NCBI GenBank assembly: GCA_050012475.1
Contig: JBEKHC010000122.1
Coordinates: forward strand, 1-12,878
DNA length: 12,878 bases
Direction of reading: 5' to 3'
DNA from: Candidatus Velthaea sp.
GTDB lineage: Bacteria > Vulcanimicrobiota > Vulcanimicrobiia > Vulcanimicrobiales > Vulcanimicrobiaceae
Part shown: one piece after another, positions 6,233 through 12,878 of the stretch
Layout of the letters: each line of letters opens with the position of its first letter
Position numbering within the stretch: position 1 is the stretch's first letter
The notes under the pieces: generated by a model
What the model saw: the letters and a program-made list of their open reading frames with translations, nothing else
What the model was told of the DNA's origin: nothing
Databases searched by the model: none
Program-made: the position numbers and the translations under genes

Positions 6233-8962
6233 TTACATGGTGATCCGACGGCGCCGGTACCAGTCGGCCTGTTTTCGCGCCCGCGCGTCCGGCGCTCGGT
6301 AGATCGCTTGAATCGTCGGATAGCTCGGGTCGGTCGTCAAGCCGTACATATTGCCGCTGTTGTCGAGCACGAAGACCCAGTTGCCGTCGATCGTCGCGGG
6401 CATCCGCAGGTTGGCGCTGGTCGGCAAAAGCGGATTGCCGCCATTGAGGACGGCTCCCGTCGACGCGTCGATCGCCCACAGATCGCCGCCCGTGCCGTTC
6501 ACGGTTCCGGCGAAGACGACTCCGCCCGCGCTCACCGCCGGGACGCTGCGCGGCGTGCCGATGCTGCTCGAGTCCGAACCGAACGCGGCGTGCCAGGTCA
6601 CCGACGGCGTGCCGCAGCCCGGGTTGATCGCGACGAGCCCGGCAGGAATGAGGGTCGGGCTCGCGCTCGTTGCGACCGGCGCGTAGATCAGCCCGGTAAT
6701 GGGCGAAAATGCCGGATCGCCCAGGTAGGAGTCATCGAAGCCCGGCGGCGACATTTGATATTGAACGACCGGTCCATTGCCGATCGTGGCTTCGTTGTAG
6801 AGGCTGAGGTCGCCGGATTTTCCTTGAATTGCGACCATCGGGGCGCAGCCCGTTCCGTTCGGCTGAAAAACCAGCGGCGTGCCTTGCAGGTCGAGGTCAC
6901 TGACGGTTTGGCTGTAGGTGCCCGTCGGGATCGGATGATTGGCGGCAACGACGCTTCCCAGGCTCGAGGACAGCTCCAAGAGTGTCTCGGCGTAGCCGCT
7001 GTACTCGGTGGGAGCCGCCGCGAACGGCGCAACGATCGCTCCGTAGGGCGTGGTGCCGTTGTCGGCGTTCCCAACGCCGGTCAGGACGTTTCCGGAGAAG
7101 TCGACCGAGACGCCGCCCCAGCCCCAGACGCCGGCACCGCTCCAGGGCTGCATTCCCGCGCCGCGCGTATTCTGCGGATCCCACACGGTGAAGAAGCGAT
7201 TGGCGACCGTCATCCCCGGCACGCTGACGGCGACCACGCTGCCGCGCCAGGGTGAGATGTCGCACGACGAACTCGTGCCGACGTAAGCGATGCCGTTGTT
7301 CAAGGCAACGGCGGTGTGGGAGAAATTGAGCTCGCTCGCAGCCGCCGCCGCGGGCGCGAAGTTCACGCGGCCGAGGATCGAGCCCGTCGTTCCGTCGAGG
7401 CGATAGAGGGTGTTCGCCGCGTACGTATCGGCCGCCGGATTGGAATTGCCGATGACGTACAGCGATTTCGTCGCCGCGTCATACGCGACCGTGCCGCCGA
7501 CGCCGAAGTACGACGTTCCGCCGCAGGCCGTGTAAAGTTCCTGGCCCAGCGACGTTTTCCAGAGCAGCGTTCCCTTCAAAGCATCGTAGCCGTAGACGTT
7601 GCCCGTGCCGCCGCCGACGAACACGACGCCGGCGTGGCCGGATATCTCCGTAGCGAGAACCGGCTGCGTTTGGGTGTTGTAATCGCCCAGCGACGCCTGC
7701 CAAGCCAGGTGGAGCTTCGGTATGCCCGCCGGCGCGAGCGCCGTCGAGTTCGGATTGAAAACGTCGTGCTGAACGTCGTAGCCGAAGCTCGGGTAGTCGT
7801 TGAAGGCGGCCGTCGTCGGCGTGGGCGTGGGCGTCGCCGAGCCGCCGCCGCTGATCTCGATCCCGTTGATGGCGGCGTTGTCGGTTACCGAAGTCAACGC
7901 GATGGTGATGGTGCCGCTTGCGTTCGCGGTGGCGCTGAACGTTTGGGCGACCGCCTTGAAACGTGCGCCGGCCGTGGCGTAAACATCGAAGTTGCTCAGC
8001 ACTTTGGTCGCGTTGATGCTGACGTTGAAGACCCGCTGGCCGGCCGCCGTCCACCACAGTTCGGCGAAATCCAGGCGCACGGTATACGGCGCGCCGGCAG
8101 TGAGTCCAGGAATCGAATACGAGATGGTCTTGCCTTCCCGTTCGGATTGATATACGGCCTGCGGCGCCGGATTCGCTACGCCGCTAGTGTCGATCGGATT
8201 GGCAACGACGTAGGTCCAGGTTCCCGCGGCGACGACGTCTTCGTCGGCGGCGAAATTCCCGGCAGCGGCTCCGCCGGCGTCGATCGCAAGCGTCGTTCCC
8301 GGTCCTGCGGTCCCGGTGGCGGTCGGGGCCGGCGTCGGTGTCGGCGTGCTGCCGCCCGACACGATTTCGATTGCGTTGATCGCTGCGTTGTCGGTGACGG
8401 CGTTGAACGTAATGAGGATGACGCCGGCGGAGTTCGCGCTGGCCGTGAACGATTCGCTGACGGCTTTGTTGCGCGCGCCGGCGGCGGCGAAAACATCGAA
8501 ATTGCTCAGCGCGTTGCTGCCGTTGATGGCGATGTTGAAAACGCGCTGGCCCGCTGCACTCCACCACAGTTCGGCGAAGCTCAGGCGCACCGTATAGGCT
8601 GCGCCCGCCGTCAGCCCCGGGATCGAATACGAGATCGCTTTTCCTTCGCGTTCGGTTTGATAGACCGCTTGCGGCGCGGGATTCGCAACGCTGCTGGTAT
8701 CGATCGTGCTGGTGCTCTTATACGTCCAGGTGCCCGAGGCGCCGTAATCTGTGTCGGCGCTGAAGGTTCCCGCCGCACTTCCGCCGGCGTCGAGTGCAAC
8801 GACATCCGTGCCCGCAGCGGCAGCCGCGGCATGCGCTTTTGCAACCGGAACGGGCGGCAGGCTCGATTGTCCGCCGCTATGCGATCCGCTGCACGCGCTC
8901 ACGAGGGCAGCGGCAACAAGCACTGCCCAAAAACGGCGCAGTGTGTGACCATGATCGAACAC
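6233..8962 (-). CDS. Lipoprotein A: 2x malectin (CBM57-like) domains + PQQ-like beta-propeller (909 aa)
   Basis: GTG start with a GGAGG RBS; lipobox LVSA-C24. Two malectin repeats (~8806-8360 and ~8293-7850) with YQ(T/S)ER, YTVRL(S/D)FAE, GQRVF, NFDV..AG and DNA.INxIEI; Pro-Thr linkers. Propeller motifs GNVYGYDALKGTLLWK, LWAIDASTG, GVWGWGG and DLDLQGTP. Confidence 0.88.
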   Translation of the reverse strand: MFDHGHTLRRFWAVLVAAALVSACSGSHSGGQSSLPPVPVAKAHAAAAAAGTDVVALDAGGSAAGTFSADTDYGASGTWTYKSTSTIDTSSVANPAPQAVYQTEREGKAISYSIPGLTAGAAYTVRLSFAELWWSAAGQRVFNIAINGSNALSNFDVFAAAGARNKAVSESFTASANSAGVILITFNAVTDNAAINAIEIVSGGSTPTPTPAPTATGTAGPGTTLAIDAGGAAAGNFAADEDVVAAGTWTYVVANPIDTSGVANPAPQAVYQSEREGKTISYSIPGLTAGAPYTVRLDFAELWWTAAGQRVFNVSINATKVLSNFDVYATAGARFKAVAQTFSATANASGTITIALTSVTDNAAINGIEISGGGSATPTPTPTTAAFNDYPSFGYDVQHDVFNPNSTALAPAGIPKLHLAWQASLGDYNTQTQPVLATEISGHAGVVFVGGGTGNVYGYDALKGTLLWKTSLGQELYTACGGTSYFGVGGTVAYDAATKSLYVIGNSNPAADTYAANTLYRLDGTTGSILGRVNFAPAAAAASELNFSHTAVALNNGIAYVGTSSSCDISPWRGSVVAVSVPGMTVANRFFTVWDPQNTRGAGMQPWSGAGVWGWGGVSVDFSGNVLTGVGNADNGTTPYGAIVAPFAAAPTEYSGYAETLLELSSSLGSVVAANHPIPTGTYSQTVSDLDLQGTPLVFQPNGTGCAPMVAIQGKSGDLSLYNEATIGNGPVVQYQMSPPGFDDSYLGDPAFSPITGLIYAPVATSASPTLIPAGLVAINPGCGTPSVTWHAAFGSDSSSIGTPRSVPAVSAGGVVFAGTVNGTGGDLWAIDASTGAVLNGGNPLLPTSANLRMPATIDGNWVFVLDNSGNMYGLTTDPSYPTIQAIYRAPDARARKQADWYRRRRITM

Positions 8963-9077
8963 GACGGATCCTCCATGAAGCGGCGTACTCGCGGCGACTC
9001 AACGACAAAAAAGCCGGTCGGTATCGCGCCGCGCTGCCTGACTCCTATCCAGGACTACGGTATCGTTTCAATCAGCA

Positions 9078-9101
9078 AACCGACATGCCCAAAGGTCGGT
9101 T
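9078..9101 (-). promoter_or_regulatory. 7-bp stem-loop in the leader of lipoprotein A, overlapping the shared GACCTTTGGG motif
   Basis: AACCGAC (9078-9084) / GTCGGTT (9095-9101); plus-strand CCCAAAGGTC at 9088-9097 recurs at 12059-12068. Confidence 0.35.
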
Positions 9102-9162
9102 CGAACGCGTGACTATTTGATCGCGAGCGCGGTACTTGGGTGCAAGACCCGGGCCAAATGGG

Positions 9163-11856
9163 CTAAGGGCGCATCAAACGGCTCAGCGGTTTGCTCGAAC
9201 GCGGATCCGGTGCGTGATACGCCGGTGTGATGGTCGGATAGCTCTGATCGGTCGTGAGACCGTACAAGTTGCCGCTGTTGTCGATTACGAACACCCAATC
9301 GCCGTCGATGGTCACGGGCATGCGGATGTTGGCGCTGGTCGACAAAATCGGCTTGCCGGACACGGCGCCGGTCGAAGCGTCGATCGCCCATACGTCGCCG
9401 CCCGTGCCGTTCACGGTTCCGGCAAAGACCACGCCCCCCGCGCTCACCGCGGGAACGCTGCGCGGCAGCCCGCTGCCGCTCGAATCGGCACCGAATGCGG
9501 CGTGCCAGGCGACGGACGGCGTGCCGCAGCCCGGATTGATCGCGACCAGACCGGCGGGGAAGAGCGTGGGGCTCGCGCTCGCCGCAACGGGCGCATACAT
9601 CAGCCCGGTGGCCGGCGAGTAGGCCGGATCGCCCAAGTACGCGTCATCCGAACCGGGTGCGGACATTTGGTATTGCGCGACCGGGCCGGCGCCGATGCTG
9701 GTTTCGTTATAGAGGTTGAGTTCGCCGGACTTTCCTTGGAGTGCGACCATCGTGCTGCAGCCGGCGCCATTGGGATGAAAGATCAGCGGTGTGCCTTGCA
9801 CGTCGAGGTCGTCGACGGTTGCGCTGTAGACGCTGGGCGGTATGGGATGATTGTCGGCGACGACGCTTGCCAGACTCGGTGAGAGCGACAGCAGCGTTTC
9901 GGCGTAACCGCTGTACTCGGTGGGCGACGCCGCGAACGGCGCAACGAGTTTGCCGTTCGAGGTGCCGTCGTCGGCGTTCCCCACGCCGGTAAGCACGTTC
10001 CCCGAAGCGTCGAGCGAAACGCCGCCCCAGCCCCAGACGCCGGCGCCGCTCCAAGGCTGCGCTCCCGCGCCGCGCGTGTTCTGCGGATCCCAGACGGTGA
10101 AGAAGCGATTGGCGACCGTCATCGCCGGCACGGTGATGGCAACGATGCTGCCGCGCCAGGGCGAGATGTCGCAGGTCGATCCGGTCCCGACGTAGGCGGT
10201 GCCGTTATTCAAGCTGACAGCGGTGTGGGAGAAGTCGAGTTCGCTTGCAGCGGCAGCCGCGGGCGCGAAGTTTACTTTCCCGAGCACCGTTCCCGTCGCG
10301 CCGTCGAGCCGATAAAGCGTGTTGGCGGCGTACGCGTTGCTCGCCGCGTTCGCGTTGCCGACGACGTACAGCGCTTTTGTCGCGGGGTCGTACGCCGCCG
10401 AGCCGCCGATGCCGAAATACGATGTCGTGCCGCAGCCGGTGTAGGTGAGCTGACCGGTCGATGTTTTCCAGAGCTGCGTTCCTTTGAGCGCATCGTAGGC
10501 GTAGACGCTGCCCGAACCGCCGCCGACGAACAGCACGCCGGCATGACCGCTGATTTCCGTTGCGAGAATCGGCTGCGTTTGCGTGTTGTAGTCGCCCACC
10601 GTCGCCTGCCAGGCGAGATGCAGTTGCGTTAGGTTCGCCGCTGCGATCGCCGTCGAGTTCGGGTTGAACACGTCGCGGGCGTTGTCGTAGCCGTAGGTCG
10701 GATAATCGTTGAAGGTCGGCGCCGGCGTCGGTGAAGCGCCGGCGGGAGCGATCTCGATGCCGTTGACCGCGGCGTTGTCGGTCACCGCCGTCAGCGTGAT
10801 CGCGATCGTTCCGCTCGTGCTCGCGGTCGCGCTGAACGATTCGGCGACGGCCTTGAAGCGCGCGCCGGCCGTAGCGAAGACATCGAAGTTGCTCAGCACT
10901 TTGGTCGCGTTGATGCTGACGTTGAAGACCCGACGGCCGGCTGCCGTCCAATAGAGCTCGGCGAAATCCAAGCGTACGGTGTATATAGCGCCGGCCTTCA
11001 GCCCGGGAATCGTATACGCGATCGTCGGGCCTTCGCGTTCGTCTTGATAGACGGCTTCCGGAGCGGGATCCGACACCCCGCTCGTAACGATCGTGTTGGC
11101 AACTTTGTACGTCCAGGTCCCGGCGGTCACCAGATCTTCGTCGGCGGTGAAACCGCCGGTTGCCGTGCCGCCGCTATTGATCGCGATGCTGTTCGCGGGA
11201 GTCGGGGTCGCGGTGGGAGTGGGCAGCGGTGTAGGCGTGGCGCTGCCGCCCGACACGATCTCGATCGCGTTGATCGCGGCGTTATCGGTTACGGCCGCGA
11301 ACGCGATCGTGATCGTGCCGGCGGAACTTGCGGTAGCGGTGAAGCTTTCGATAACGGCTTTATTGGCTGCGCCGGCGGCGGCAAAGACGTCGAAATTGGC
11401 GAGCACGTTGCTGCCGTTGATGCTGACGTTGAACACGCGCTGACCGGCTGCCGTCCACCACAACTCGGCGAAACTCAAGCGCACGGTATATGGCGTGCCT
11501 GCCGTCAGACCCGGGATCGAATACGAGATGGTTTTGCCTTCGCGTTCCGTTTGATAGACGGCTTGCGGTGCGGGATTCGTCACGCCGCTGGTCGCGATCG
11601 TGGCCGTGCTCTTGTAGGTCCACGTGCCGGACGCGACATAGTCCGCATCGGCAGCGAAACTGCCGGCGGCTGCGCCCCCGGAGTCGAGGGCCACGACGTC
11701 GGTAGCGGCTGCGATCGCAGCGGCCGCGTGCAGCTTCGCGGCGGGAAGCGGCGGCAGCGCCGATTGCCCCGTCGGGTGCGACGCGCCGCAGGCGCTCAAC
11801 AGGGCTGCGACAATGGCCGCGATCGCGATTCGGAATAATCGCTGACGATGGAGCAC
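9163..11856 (-). CDS. Lipoprotein B: 2x malectin domains + PQQ-like beta-propeller (897 aa), paralog of 6233..8962
   Basis: Start reassigned to GTG 11856 (GGGAGG 5 nt upstream), giving MLHRQRLFRIAIAAIVAALLSA-C23 lipobox. Same domain order and colinear high similarity to lipoprotein A. Confidence 0.88.
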   Translation of the reverse strand: MLHRQRLFRIAIAAIVAALLSACGASHPTGQSALPPLPAAKLHAAAAIAAATDVVALDSGGAAAGSFAADADYVASGTWTYKSTATIATSGVTNPAPQAVYQTEREGKTISYSIPGLTAGTPYTVRLSFAELWWTAAGQRVFNVSINGSNVLANFDVFAAAGAANKAVIESFTATASSAGTITIAFAAVTDNAAINAIEIVSGGSATPTPLPTPTATPTPANSIAINSGGTATGGFTADEDLVTAGTWTYKVANTIVTSGVSDPAPEAVYQDEREGPTIAYTIPGLKAGAIYTVRLDFAELYWTAAGRRVFNVSINATKVLSNFDVFATAGARFKAVAESFSATASTSGTIAITLTAVTDNAAVNGIEIAPAGASPTPAPTFNDYPTYGYDNARDVFNPNSTAIAAANLTQLHLAWQATVGDYNTQTQPILATEISGHAGVLFVGGGSGSVYAYDALKGTQLWKTSTGQLTYTGCGTTSYFGIGGSAAYDPATKALYVVGNANAASNAYAANTLYRLDGATGTVLGKVNFAPAAAAASELDFSHTAVSLNNGTAYVGTGSTCDISPWRGSIVAITVPAMTVANRFFTVWDPQNTRGAGAQPWSGAGVWGWGGVSLDASGNVLTGVGNADDGTSNGKLVAPFAASPTEYSGYAETLLSLSPSLASVVADNHPIPPSVYSATVDDLDVQGTPLIFHPNGAGCSTMVALQGKSGELNLYNETSIGAGPVAQYQMSAPGSDDAYLGDPAYSPATGLMYAPVAASASPTLFPAGLVAINPGCGTPSVAWHAAFGADSSGSGLPRSVPAVSAGGVVFAGTVNGTGGDVWAIDASTGAVSGKPILSTSANIRMPVTIDGDWVFVIDNSGNLYGLTTDQSYPTITPAYHAPDPRSSKPLSRLMRP

Positions 11857-12010
11857 GCCGACCTCCCGTCCGCACCAACGCCCGGCGCGCGTCGATCGTC
11901 GCGGCGCGACGTCAAACCGCCGCGGCCGATGCACGCTTTGCGCTGACCGGACGGCGAGTTGCGTCGCGTTGAGCAATTCGTCCTACGCGGAACGTCTAAA
12001 GGCGGGGTTC

Positions 12011-12047
12011 GGACGACGATCGGCGCTCGGCCTTCCGATCAACGTCC
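12011..12047 (-). terminator. GC-rich hairpin ~45 nt after the kinase stop; possible terminator or leader structure
   Basis: GGACG/CGTCC plus GATCGG/CCGATC stems with a 2x2 internal loop; no adjacent U-tract, so termination is uncertain. Confidence 0.3.
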
Positions 12048-12092
12048 GCGCCGCTATCCCCAAAGGTCTCTTGCGCCCAAGGTCCAGGCGTT

Positions 12093-12878
12093 TCAGTCGG
12101 CCGACCGCACCGCCTGGGGATCGGGCATCGGTGAAGTGAGCACGCTGCGGCCTGACCAGCGCTCGATCATGGTGCGCAGATCCGCGAGGCGCACGGGCTT
12201 GGCGAGATAGTCGTCCATTCCCGCCGCGATGCACGCGTCGCGGTCCTCGGCGAAAGCATTCGCGGTCATCGCCGCGATCGGAACATGACCGCCGGTGCGC
12301 CGTTCTTCTTCACGAATGGCTTTGGTCGCCGCAATGCCGTCCAAGTTGGGCATCTGACAATCCATGAAAACGAGCGAATAGTGCTCGCGCTGCAGTGCTT
12401 CGATCGCCTCCAAGCCGTCGGAAACGAAGGTGACCGGCACGCCGAGTTCGTCGAATTGCAGCTTGAGCAGGCGCAGCAGCCGTGTGTTGTCTTCGGCGAC
12501 GAGGATTCGTCCGTTGGTTAGCGGCACGGCGTCCGGCTCGATGCGTTCGGTCTCGAAGCGCGACCGTGCGCGTTTGATGTCGATGACGTTGGTGATCGCA
12601 TCGAAGAGTGAGGAGGCGCGGATCGGTTTGCGCAGCGGACCGTCCCTGCCGATCGCGATGACGCGATCTGGCACGATCGCTCGCAGCGCGTCGATCTTGA
12701 CGCCGATGTCGGGCCAACCGATATCGTCCAGGTCGGCGACGACGACCCAGGTCGGTCCATCCGCCGAGCGCAATGCGTGCGTCACGTCGCTGCGGCTCTG
12801 CACCCGGCGGCTCTGCATCGACCACGACGTCATGTAGCGCTCGACGATCTGGGCGAAGAGATCGTCGCCCGAAACGAT
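12093..12878 (-). CDS. C-terminal part of a hybrid sensor histidine kinase/response regulator (degenerate receiver + canonical receiver); 5' end outside window
   Basis: Frame open to the right edge (IVSGDDLFAQIVERYMTSWSMQ...). The final receiver has ILVAEDN, VFMDCQMPNLDG, MTANAFAEDRDAC.AAGMDDYLAKPV, typical of hybrid kinases. The kinase core is not visible here and is inferred. Confidence 0.88.
   Translation of the reverse strand: MVSGDDLFAQIVERYMTSWSMQSRRVQSRSDVTHALRSADGPTWVVVADLDDIGWPDIGVKIDALRAIVPDRVIAIGRDGPLRKPIRASSLFDAITNVIDIKRARSRFETERIEPDAVPLTNGRILVAEDNTRLLRLLKLQFDELGVPVTFVSDGLEAIEALQREHYSLVFMDCQMPNLDGIAATKAIREEERRTGGHVPIAAMTANAFAEDRDACIAAGMDDYLAKPVRLADLRTMIERWSGRSVLTSPMPDPQAVRSAD

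Larger units (their letters stand above)
6233..11856 (-). repeat. Tandem gene duplication (~2.7-kb units) containing four malectin repeats
   Basis: Colinear protein similarity along the full length; a 53-bp identical tract at 7983-8035 and 10880-10932. Confidence 0.9.

Noticed and set aside
8315..8350. Short GGCGTC/GGCGTG-type repeats (also near 7815-7840 and 11200-11240) as CRISPR or VNTR
   Set aside because: They encode Pro-Thr interdomain linkers; there is no repeat-spacer structure and no cas genes.
9007..9040. Intrinsic terminator before the U6 tract
   Set aside because: No strong hairpin directly abuts the U-tract; kept only as part of the leader finding.
7316..9112. 598-aa plus-strand ORF
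   Set aside because: Antisense to lipoprotein A, which has clear domain motifs, an RBS and a lipobox.
11857..11976. 40-aa N-terminal extension of lipoprotein B in the ORF track
   Set aside because: A strong RBS and correct lipoprotein signal length point to GTG 11856.

Overview
High-GC bacterial DNA with nine protein genes, all on the minus strand; the long plus-strand ORFs are antisense shadows. In transcription order (right to left): the 3' end of a hybrid sensor histidine kinase (degenerate plus intact receiver domains; runs off the window); two tandem paralogous lipoproteins, each with two malectin (CBM57-like) domains and a PQQ-like beta-propeller; a tightly packed four-gene cluster (Ala-rich coiled-coil protein, Zn-ribbon/TM/PstS-like protein, secreted DUF3370-like protein whose start codon looks defective, signal-less HtrA-like protease); and a two-gene unit. 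That unit is the most striking feature. It encodes a ferritin-like protein that aligns by eye with cyanobacterial aldehyde-deformylating oxygenase (ADO), with all six diiron ligands kept. It is followed directly, where cyanobacteria usually place acyl-ACP reductase, by an apparently degenerate paralog lacking both ExxH motifs; this second gene is not in the ORF track. The gene style suggests a non-cyanobacterial soil lineage such as Vulcanimicrobiota/Eremiobacterota (inference only). No rRNA, tRNA, CRISPR or mobile element was seen. All family assignments come from motif recognition by eye, not from database searches.
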